A stretch of DNA of 64,000 nucleotides. Source: Marsupella aquatica. Its lineage: Eukaryota; Plantae; Marchantiophyta. Positions within the stretch are counted from its first letter, which is position 1, and each line of letters opens with the position of its first letter. The notes under the pieces were generated by a model. It was not told where the DNA came from, made no database searches, and saw nothing but the letters and a program-made list of their open reading frames with translations. Positions 25,861 to 36,780 of the stretch are shown here, in pieces. The stretch covers positions 16,147,974 to 16,211,973 of the forward strand of contig OZ316899.1 in NCBI GenBank assembly GCA_973895155.1, written 5' to 3'. Position numbers and translations under genes: made by a program.

Positions 25861-26424
25861 TGAAAAGTAGTTATTGTTTGTGACATTACCATTGAAAAAC
25901 ATGGATAACTTGAAATTTTACAAATTTTCAAAATGCCTTTACCACTTATTCATGAATTCATGGTTAAAGTTTCTTGAGAAATTTGTAGTTTAATATTATC
26001 TTAGTGGGTTGTGTTTCAATTCAATTAGATGGTGTCATTTCTATTCTCCTTGTCTTCTTTTCACAATAATGTGTATCAGGTTAAGTTGTAGTAATTTATT
26101 TTCTGGTTTTTAAATGACAATGGCTTTTGGAGGTGATTTAGTTGTTGTTTCAAAAGACACCTCGTGTAATTGTGAGACCATTGTAGATAATAGTGTTGTA
26201 TTTGAGATCATTTATTGGTGGAATGTAACTTCAGATGAATTTGGTCATTTTTAGGTGTCAAAACATAGCTAGTTTATGTCATATTTTGTTCGCTCCATAT
26301 TTTTGCTCTAAAATAGGTGCTAATTTTTGCACTTTTTTTGACTTTTTCGTTGTTTTTCTGATTTTTTGGCTAGAGTTCCTAAAGTATGGGCTTGTTACTC
26401 ATCATTTAAGGCTTCTTGTTTGAA

Positions 26425-27561
26425 GTTTGATCAACAAGATCTCTTGGCTAAGCAGCAGGAATTGGAGGTGGGGAACAACCAATTGGAAAACTACCAATTG
26501 GATAACCAGCAGATCAAAGAAAAATTGATGAAAGTAGAGCTAGAGTTAGCCGATTCAAAAGTAGAGGTGCAGGGTCTAAATTGGCAAGTCGAGAGCCTCA
26601 AAAAGATGGCAAAGGACCAGGCCACCCAGAGCGAGAAAGCCTTGGTAGAAGCCCAAAGGAAGTATGACAAGTTACTCAACCGGTTGGAGGCCATACGAGA
26701 GAAGCATGAGGACGCCACGTGCACTACGGCCAATGATCACCTAAGCCGAGTTCAACAGATACGCAAGGGCTGCAGGAGGAGATAACCCGGACAAAGCAAG
26801 CATGGACGGATGAGGTCACAAAGCTGGAAAGCATCAACGATTCCCAAAGAGCCGCTTTGGATAAGCAGGAGTTTCAGATCGTGTAGATCTTAAACGAGGA
26901 GCTCAAGACGGCCAAAGAGGAGGCGCATCGGCTCAATGAGGAAGTTGAGGATTTATCCCAAGAGCTGGAGGAGGCCAAAGACAAGATGATCGGCTTGCAG
27001 AGGCGTGCAGATAATCAAACAGAGAAGTTGCGGAAGTATGCCAAAGCCGGGCACGGATCACCAACTGGACGGTCTCCCGCTAGTGGTGTGGTAGCCGGAA
27101 ATACTGAAGTGCCAAAGCCGACATCTATATTGTCAAGAGTAACTGGGGGTAAGGCAATGCAGTTGGTAGTAGATCTGGCCAAAACATTCATGGGGCCAGC
27201 AGGTACTGTTGGGTACCTCTCAAGGCCACTCCAGAGGAGGTTGAGAGTATGACTGCTCACATTTGTGGGACTGTTGCTACGAAGGCAGTCGTGGTAGAGA
27301 TAAGTAATGCCGATGAACTTGGAGCTACGGTAACAGTTTCAGACACCGGTACAGCCACCATGGACTACCGATTGGAGAGCAGGTTTGGATTGAGGAAGTA
27401 AAGGCCAATGCTATCCAAGCCGTTTCCCAAGAAGATGCCGCTGCCAATGCTAGGGTCAATAAATCAGAACCCAAGGTCGAGGAAGTCAAAGGGATCAAGC
27501 CGGAGCCGATGGCAGGAGAAAGTGCAGAGTCGGAAGATTCGGGCCTACCGCCGGTCATCTG
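26425..27561 (+). pseudogene. Coiled-coil C-terminal part of the LTR-borne ORF
   Basis: In-frame continuation after the TGAA TSD. E/K/Q-rich heptad sequence with stops and frameshifts. Confidence 0.65.
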
Positions 27562-27945
27562 ACAATTAAGGAGGGCCAGTCATCGGTTGGAAGGAGGACG
27601 TGGCGGTAGGAGAAGGGCTTGGGCCAGAAGGGCGCGACCGTTGTAGGATGGGACAGGGCAAGTAGCGCCCTGTCGGCTTAGGTTGTATTAGATGCGCGGT
27701 TCCTGCAAGGTTCCGGGTTAAGTCAAAATATGTTAGGTGTTAGTTAATTAGCTGGATTTCGGGGTGGAGGGCCGTGATTTGTGGTTCGGATTTCCGTCGA
27801 TTCCCCTGGACGCGCTGCAAGGATAAAAACCTGGGCAGCGTGGCTCGGGGGCTTTTTCTTAGTCAAGACTCTAGTGTAAAGTCTGTATTACTAGCATAAC
27901 CTCTTGGCTAAAATCTAGACCGCGGATTATCAATAAACCACAATT

Positions 27946-28088
27946 TGTTGTAACTCATACTTGAGTTAAGTCTACCTTTGGGATAACTACCTATGTAACT
28001 ACCCTAACTACTTAGGCCGTAGCCACATGTACATATTCTACCAAGAGTAAAGATGGAACCAACTCTTTGTCTCATTTCTCCCACAACA
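27946..28088 (+). repeat. 5' LTR (143 bp)
   Basis: Identical to 30766-30908. Confidence 0.97.
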
Positions 28089-30765
28089 CGTTATCAGCAC
28101 GAGCCTAAGACTGGCTGAATTTTTTTTTAGGCCATGACTGATTCACTCTAAGACGAAGAAAGAAGGGAAAAGACGTGATTCGAATGTGCCAAAGTTTTTT
28201 TTTGCGAGAGCTGCTTGAAGCGCTGCACGAGCAATTTTTCTTTGGAAGAAAGGCCAAGGAAGAATTGATCCCAGCTATGGTGAATTGAATATCAAGGCGC
28301 CATCTTATTAGGTGCACGCTTTTCAAGTCAGTATAGCAGTAAGGCAATAGCAACAGTCAGTCAGAGCCAATGTTGTTGACGCGTTCACAAATCTGGAAAC
28401 GAGCCAGCGATTGGAACTCCAGCCATTTCGAGGAGTCGGAAGTTGGTGGCCAAGGTGTTTTCTCACTCCCTGGCGAGCAAGACCCTCACACCAACTACAT
28501 CTTTTATTGATAAGATTTCTAGCGAGCACCAGCTCACTGACGGCTGGTCGTGAGCGCACAACAGATTGGAGTACGACAACCTACTCTATTTCCTGTGTTT
28601 GCTTCCAGTTCTACTCGAGTCTACCGCTGGAGGCATTCGAAATGGACGAAGCAGTAACAGGATGTTGTGATTTCTCCCTAAACCCTTTCCCGACACTACG
28701 CTTTCCCGACACTATGCTGACAGAAAAGCAGGACAAACATGGGGAAATTAAACCCGTTGGTCGCATCACTGGAAAACGAAAGAAGGATTTGGAGCAATCG
28801 CGTAAGAAGTGCAAAAAGAAGCAAGTGAAGAAAGTCGCGACTTACAGACCATAGAAAGTAGCGACCTCCACTTCAGGCAGCGAGATCATCACACAAGCAA
28901 ACCGATCCAAGGCGCAGATCACAGCCTCAATTCCATAAGGAACTCGTAAGGATAGCAGGAGATAAGGAAATTTTTCTTAGAAGATTCGAAGAGAACTCAA
29001 GAAGAAAGCAGAACAGAACGGAAGTCTATCCCCAACCGAGGATCACAAGATTACATTCTTCGTTAGTCATTGATGAGTCTTTTGCCCTTCGAGAGTAACC
29101 GATCTTGAAAAGCAGCATTCCCCTCCAGGGTGAAAAGGATAAGAAGAGCAAGACGACAGCAATAGAGAGAAGACGATCGAAAAGCGTAGGCAGGTCCCGT
29201 GAATTACCCTCATTCGCCGTTGCCCCTTCTGGAGAGCAACGATGGGTTTGTTCGAGAGCAGCTGGTACCCTGAAGGAAGATGATAAAGAAGAGGAAACCG
29301 AGCTACTGGATGCTCTAGTTTCTAAGCCGTACTGCGATGATGACGGCCTTTCCTACCGGCATTCTCACCAGACTTTACTATGTTGATGGAGACACCAAGA
29401 GCTTGATCGACTTTACACATCCATGACAATGGAGATTGAAGGAAGATTTCACATTTAGGGAGCACGAACAAAAGACCCTCGGAGAAAAGAGGATAAGAGC
29501 ACGAAGGGAACGCGCGCAGCAAAGAACAAATCTCGCAACAAAAATGCTGAAACGTCGAGAAAACGTCGAGAACATACCGCTAAGTGCAAACCCTCCTTAA
29601 TTGCAAAACCCGTCAAATAGATTTGCGTATACAAAGAACAATGTGCACTGAACCAGGGAAACACACATACTAAGAACGGGGACGAAATGGCATTAAAATG
29701 AAAGATATCTATTGGGAATATTACCATATAAGAATTGCCATTCACAAATTCAGGGGGAGAATTGTTTTTCCCAACGTGCCTACTGCACTTAAAAGTTAAG
29801 CTCCGTGCCTACTACACATGGAAGCCAATGAGTGCCTACTGCACATGGAAGTAAATGACAAATTGAGGGGGAGACCTCAAGTAAGACTTGACATCAAGCA
29901 ATGTAACCCATGGGATGTGCCTATTGCACAAGTGCCTTTCGCACCAATGAATACCTAAAAATGGAACTCTATTCCATGCATATGGCAAATCATGAAATCT
30001 AAGGAATTTTTATAAATGATTGAATATGGTGTTAACACAATCACTTACCAATACTTGATGAGGTATACTGGATATTAAAGTACCATATGATAATATGAGG
30101 TACAGTACCAGGTCATAAGGTACCATAAGGTGAGACATGGCATGGTAAGGCACCATAAGAGATGGTGCGCCATACCCCAATATGATAACCCTACGTTGTG
30201 GATATGGTACGTGATGTGGTGCAAATAGGTTATGCCCACACCAAATCTAGGGTTGGACACCCAATCCAATTCCAAGGCCATGGATTACACCATATCATCT
30301 TCGTTTTGTACTAATACTTTACTTTGTCATGGCATGTAATCGGTGACCATCAAGGAGTCTCCATTTCCAGATTGGAAGGAGACACGAGAAACAATCAACC
30401 AAGGAAGATCTTCAACAAGCCTATAGTGTTGACAAACACCTTAAGAGACTTTGTAGAAATTACACATACACTATATTCTTAAACCCAATTATGTTACACC
30501 CATGGGGATGGTAATACTCTTTCCTCCCACAAAGAAAGTAGGGGAGGTTTTAATGAGGTTACATCCCCCACTTACACTTTACCATGCAACATGAATTATA
30601 AGACATCTATTAGGAGAAGCTTGACATTCATTTATAGTAGACTTGAGATGGCTACACCATTTATAAAATAGGCTAGACATAAACAAAACCTATTGTATAC
30701 CACTGAATATACCCAAAGTAGACTCTTGATTGTAACATTTCAACCCCAATGTTACAAAGGGGGAG

Positions 30766-30908
30766 TGTTGTAACTCATACTTGAGTTAAGTCTACCTTTG
30801 GGATAACTACCTATGTAACTACCCTAACTACTTAGGCCGTAGCCACATGTACATATTCTACCAAGAGTAAAGATGGAACCAACTCTTTGTCTCATTTCTC
30901 CCACAACA
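30766..30908 (+). repeat. 3' LTR (143 bp)
   Basis: Identical to 27946-28088. Confidence 0.97.
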
Positions 30909-31423
30909 CAATTTCCATTTCTGTGCAATTGTTTGAATTGAGTTGGCCTTGTTGCCTAGTTCACAGATTCTTCCAGTCATGGCATTGTGTGTTGTGATAC
31001 TTGTTGCTTGATCGATTTGAGTCAGATAGAGCGACTGCAAAGCTATACGATCGCATTGTCTTGATTGGAGACTGCCAAATCAAACTCTGAGAGAAAAGTG
31101 AGGATTGAGAGTGTTTTGTTGGTTAAAGTGTGGGTTGAGTTGGTCTGAGAAAAACCTTCAGCCGGCTTAAGAGATTAAGCCGTAGAGGTACATTTCGGGG
31201 GCAGAATACAAACATACCCAACGAAGTCAATTGAGAATTAGGCGTCTTAGCAATACACAATTTGCAAGCCCATTGCAAGAATCGGTCCAACATAGTGTGG
31301 ATTGAGAGTAGACCGTGTATCCAAGCCGAATGACAGCCAAACCACCATAAGCCGACCATAAGTAGGGGTTCATGGCCGGTTGTAGATAGTTCTTGGGGTT
31401 AGAGGGTTGGGAAACGCACCACA

Positions 31424-32459
31424 GAATGTCAACTCCGGAACCGGGACCTTTGGTACTCGTCTTGAATACATGCGCTTGAATGGACTTGCCAGCCTGGCCA
31501 GGGAATAGAAAACATTGTAGAAATGGAAATCTCATGCGCATTTGCATGTCACAAAGCGAATCCAACTCACCTTTCTTGGGGTTCCCAATCTTAACACTCC
31601 GGAAAATTGCATGGAATTTTGCTGGCAAGGACACAACTTTCATCAAGTTCCACAATTCCACCTCCTCTTCTTTTGAAAGATCATGACATGCCTCAGGGTG
31701 GAGAAGAGATATCAATGTACCTATTGAAATATTCTTCACACGGGAAGCGGTTGCCAAGGAATGAGCTAACTGAACACCTTGAATAACATCTTCCACTTTT
31801 TTTTGGGCAACTCAACACTTCCCCATTCGGATTGGATGATCATGACCTCCCATGTGCACTACGAGTCTAGACATGTGTTTTGAGACATGTGAGTCCAAAG
31901 TTGGCTTTGCATAAACATAAAACATCATTGTTGGACAAGGCCTAACACAATAAGGACTCTTGTCACAAAAGCCACAAACCAAACCTCCTTCCAGAACCAG
32001 ATTTCCCGGCTGGAAGACATCGGTCATTAGTGATCTTCCTGGAAATGCCGCTTCATTGTTCACTCCTGTCTCCTTGAACCTTGAACAATTCAAATTTTGA
32101 CATTGCACAACACCACTGCAATGGACCTTGAAAACAGACCAGTAATTACGTGGCTTCAGGTTAGCCAAAGTAGTGACCAATTGGGTCCAAGGGTAGCCAT
32201 CATTGTCATGATCCATGTCGAGAAGCCCTTGACCACAACCAAATCTTGACTCCACCTGAGGAAGCTCATATACCATGTCTCCATTGTGACTTGTTGGAAG
32301 ACGATCAACTTGGACATCAACCCACGAGACATCTCTTCTAAATCTTGCCAGCTCACTTGCCCCAATAATGCTAAAAAATGCTTCAAGCGCACCAATTCTG
32401 TAGACTTTCTGCAAAAGATGACATCCCGGGGCACTTGAAAGAGGAGTATCTACTTTCAA
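31424..32459 (-). pseudogene. N-terminal part of the MULE transposase with a GCM-like zinc DNA-binding domain
   Basis: DGYPW..HCSGVVQCQNLNC..CGFC..PC..HMGGHDHP matches the GCM domain pattern. Continues in frame at 5096 after LTR removal. Confidence 0.75.
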
Positions 32460-35399
32460 TTATGTAGAACAACTTCCAAAAACAGAATTAGTATCCTCAA
32501 GAGTGGTAAACCTGAAACCAAAGGCCTGGACAATTGTTCCTTGCCCCGGGGAGAGTCCAGGTCTACAAGCACTTTTCCCCAAGGGTTCTGAAAAGGCTCT
32601 GGAAATCATCTTTGCTTGACAAAACCTCAACCACATCTATGGAAGCAACCTCCCAAAATCTTGCACCATGTAGAGTTCTTGAAATAAATATGTCCTTCCT
32701 TGATCCATGAAGTGAAACAAGAAAGAACAACCTCAAAATGAAATCACAGTTATTGAGCGCAAATCTTGTCAAAAGAAAGGCCTCGGTCACATTAGTGATC
32801 TTTCTCATAGATGAAACTTCAAGAGTAACAATGTCTCTAGTATCAATACTTTCACTAATTCTGGACTATTATTCTCAATTTGGATTATTCATAACAACTT
32901 TTTGGAAACAAAAATATAGATAAATAAGAGACTTATCAAAGTCACCCTAGGAAAGTTTTGACCAAGATGTATTAAGCTTAACAAGCTGCTTCAAATGAAT
33001 CTATGCACAACACATGATGTATTCTAGAACTCAAGTTATAGATCAAAGAACACCTTATGTTGGAAATTTCATGATCAACATTTGGACAAAAGAATGTCCA
33101 GAATTAGCGAAATTAGTGATTAGTGCTCCGACGCCAAAAGATGACACTTGGAGCCATCAAATGAGGACCAAGACAAGCATCCAAACACAAACATCATGGA
33201 TGAATATATAGAATAATATTAGGACAATAAAGTTTAGAATAAAATGGAACGTCAGTTTAACGTTGCATATACGACAAAACTTCAACTGCTATAATACCTT
33301 CAAGAAATGAATTATTGCCAGCAATATTGCTGGCCTAAATTTGCTATAATAAATAGGTCCTTATCATCCAGAGTTATATCTGGTAATCTTTCAAAAAATG
33401 ACCTATTTAATGTTGACAACAAGGATGGCTCGGGTTGTACTAGGATGTTTATTGAGCTTGGAGTATACTTGGGATATACTAGGAGGATTACTGAACTTGG
33501 AGCTTTGTGTTTAACAACAGTTTTTGCTAGCAACCTCACTAGACATAATTTAGGTAAGTTTAAGCTAGACTCTGTTCTTCAACCATCTATATTTTAGTGA
33601 TTCTAAAATATGCTTTTCACTAACAAATTGACATTAACAGAGTAGAGGATTTTGAGATGTCCCATAAATTAAACCTTTGAGAAACCCTGAATTAGGCCAG
33701 CGATATTGTAGCCCGAAGCACCAGAAATTAAGGGTAGAATTTTATTTGAGTTTGGGGTTCAAATGAGGGATATAGAAACAAATAAATTTCCAAAATGTCA
33801 TGTTTACACATTAAACATTGGGCTATTAGTATAGTTGAAGTATAGTTGGTTAACGGTTTGAAAGAATTATTTCAAACTTTGAGGAGTGTATTAGAAGCTT
33901 CAGTTGAGTATTTACAAATTTAGGAAAGAATTAAGGGTTCATTTGAAATAACCCCACATCACTTTTAAGCTACCCAATTAGCAGTGGTTTGGCCACCAAT
34001 ATCGTTGGCAAAAAACTGTCTAAATACGTTTCTTAAACAAAGCATGGAGATTGTCCATTTTTCCCTCAACAAGATCCATAATCAGTCATCTAATGTCAAA
34101 ATTATATTACCATTGGAAGGGTTAACTTCATTTTGAAGAGTAAATTTCATAAAAACTTCAGTTTGTACTTCCATCGGCATATTTTGTTATTTTTGAGAAT
34201 GGTTAGTTTCAACGGATACCCAACCCAAGTTGGTCAACTATAGAGTAATTGACTCCAACCAGAATATAACATTTCACTAACTCTGGAGATTCTTTTGTCC
34301 AGAGTTGAAGGATGGAATTTCCAAAACATTCATTTCAAAATTCCAAAAAGGTGATCTGAAATTTCCAAAACTCAAAATTGAAGTTTCCAAAAGCATACTT
34401 TTAAATTTCCAAAACCTAGTCCATTGGATGAATTACAAAAGGCAACGAAAAAAGAGCTCCTTCAAAGGAATGACTGAAATTACATCTTTATAATAAATGG
34501 GACACTAATGGTGGTGCCGTACATATAATTTGATATCCCTTCTCCATGGGACTTCATTGTTGGGTTTTTTGCTAACTGCAACATCATCTTCCGCTAAAGT
34601 GACTACAAAGTTGAATCTCAACCTTGGCCAACACATATTTTACTAGACAACTACACTAATCATATCAAGAATATATGTGAACTAACAAATGAAGGATAGT
34701 TTTGTCATAGACACCCATTTCTCCTCCTTTGCTCTCTTGGGCCCCCGCCGCCCTCGCCCTCTATCCTAAACTCTGCCCATCTTCCAAAACCCCTGCCAAA
34801 GCCTCCCCTCTCCCCTCTGCATTCCGCCATAGCCCAATTGTGTCCGCCTTCAAGCTGAAACGACTCCACCTCTTCTCCTCTCCTTTGCTACTAGGCCAAA
34901 CTGAAAGGAATGATTCCAGGGTTGCGCATTGCCTTTTACCCCTCCCTCCCCATGGGGCTAATTCTAATCTATATGAAACATATTCACTAAATTATATCCC
35001 TAATATGAACTACTATATCCTACCTACTCTTTACTCTAACCTTGAGTTGAGTGTAGAACTCTACAGAATTTTGACGTTTGTCTATGAACGTGGTTGGCTA
35101 CTTTCACAAACTCCCTAAAATTTGTGGCGAATATCCCATGCGCAGCTCCTAGGCCTTTTGCGCATTGATTAGTTTCATGCTTAGTGAAGTCTTCCTTACA
35201 AGATATCCACAATATGATCTCTATGTGCCGAGGAGTAAGTTCTGAAGTTGTCAGTTGGAGAACATCATATTTGTGCACTGGCAAGGACACAAAAATCGAG
35301 TTAGATTCCCTGAACCCCTGGAGTTGAGTGTATATCTGTTGATACTGTTTTTGGTCTTTGACTAAACTCAGACTGGACCATTTTCAAGTGTTTTGCCAC

Positions 35400-36064
35400 A
35401 AATACACACGCACATCTCTTGCCAAGGCTAACTCCTGCAATACTAGTTGAAGTTTGTTGCTTATAAACGTATCTGCATGAAACCCATTATTATTGCCATT
35501 GAAGCAATCACAAAACAACGTCAAGTATTCGGGGTTAAAGATACTTTAATGAGGTAAATCATCAAGAAGGATGGTGTTGCTGTCATTATAAAGTGCATCT
35601 GTCCGATCTCCATTTAAAACGAGGTCATCCCAAATATTTTTCAGTAATTTCACAAAGCATTTTTTCCCTTTGTTTCTTCCAGCCCCATAAAATATCCCAG
35701 TCAACAAGGCTTTCGCTTCAGTTCTCACAAAGACAAATTGATGCTTCTTGTTGGGAAAGACTTTCTCCAAAATCTCATGCACGTTATGATATACAGCACA
35801 AGACCATATCCCCACATCAAATGTCTGAAGACACCATTCAACAAAGCTCCGCATTCCCGGTCTTACATATATGACTCTACTCTTTAGAAACAACGTCTCC
35901 CCGTTTTCAGTATTTTTATCTCTAAGAGACTTTGCTCGCACACCCAATATTTGCACAATATGTAAGACAACATTCATCTCATGTACAAGCAGTTTACGAG
36001 GAACGGTGTTTTGTATAATAGTTGCCATATTGTATGTTACAATATCTGCAGAGTGACAAAACAA
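35400..36064 (-). pseudogene. FCP1/NIF-like HAD phosphatase domain (degenerate)
   Basis: RKLLVHEMNVVL (DxDxT position degenerate), YVRPGMRSFVEWCLQTFDVGIWS, SNTILLDDLPH. Confidence 0.75.
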
Positions 36065-36180
36065 TAAATGAACATCAATATTGTAAAGTCAAAGCAAGAG
36101 CATAACATCAACTATGATGCATTGCAGCGTATGGAAATTTGACGATAACCTATTCCACACGAGAATGGTGTAGATCTAAC

Positions 36181-36780
36181 TCAAATCATGACGATAAAGC
36201 TTAGAACAAATTTCCTCCTTTCAGCATCCATGCCCTTTGCTTTGAAATCAATTGGCTTCTCCTTACTCTGGTAATCGGCAAATTTCATGAAAAACACTCC
36301 GGAGTTGTAGTCATTGGTTTGAAGAGGAATGTCTTTACAAAAGTTTCTCAGCCACGACATAGCATTCAGTTCTTTGTGAGTTCTGAACATGGCTTCATCA
36401 TCTAGATATCTTGCTAGGTTCTCAAGAACTTCAGGGTTATCTCCATGCAACGAATCCAAAATAATAGTCCAGTTTCTTAAGACCCATGTCAATGACGACC
36501 AGTGCCCAATGGTTATGTCCTTGATAAATAGGGACCATGACCATCTCTACATCAGTTAAAAAGTACTCCAATTTTGAGGTCCACATTTAGACGTCCTAAT
36601 ACTTATATCCATCTCGAGCAAGTTTAGAATAGAACCAAGTATCAACAGATGAACTTGCGGGAGCTCGCTGCCCGCGGATTCTGCTCTCAAAGCAATCAGA
36701 CCAAAATAAGCATTCAGAATTTTAGAAGTTATCCATTGCTCAGGACTTGGACATGCCATCTCGCGGCAAGTTATGACGCA
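36181..36780 (-). pseudogene. Ulp1/C48 SUMO-protease domain (frameshifted; catalytic Cys appears as Ser)
   Basis: WITSKILNAYF, MVPIYQGHNHWALVVID (36490-36545), LDSL, IPLQTNDYNSGVFFMKFADY. Confidence 0.85.

Larger units (their letters stand above)
18300..26420. mobile_element. 8121-bp Sola-like TIR DNA transposon carrying a ParB-methyltransferase gene
   Basis: Imperfect ~32-bp TIRs beginning AACAAGAAGCCTTAA (15 bp perfect). 4-bp TSD TGAA (18296-18299, 26421-26424). Removal restores the host frame AKVAKMKFDQQDLLAKQQE. Confidence 0.92.
27946..30908 (+). mobile_element. Non-autonomous LTR retroelement (TRIM/LARD-like, Bianca/copia-type primer site)
   Basis: Identical 143-bp TG..CA LTRs, TSD CAATT (27941-27945, 30909-30913), PBS CGTTATCAGCACG at 28089, PPT AAAGGGGGAG at 30756-30765. 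No gag/pol ORF. Confidence 0.93.
5097..31423 (+). mobile_element. Large solo-LTR-like unit (~4.6 kb once three nested insertions are removed) containing a long ORF
   Basis: Termini TGTGATGC...GCACCACA with 5-bp TSD GAATG (5092-5096, 31424-31428). Removal restores the MULE frame. No second copy of either end seen inside. Confidence 0.85.

Noticed and set aside
28105-30281. Short ORFs inside the non-autonomous LTR element, and antisense ORFs overlapping TE genes elsewhere
   Set aside because: No gag/pol or other motifs; consistent with chance or shadow frames.
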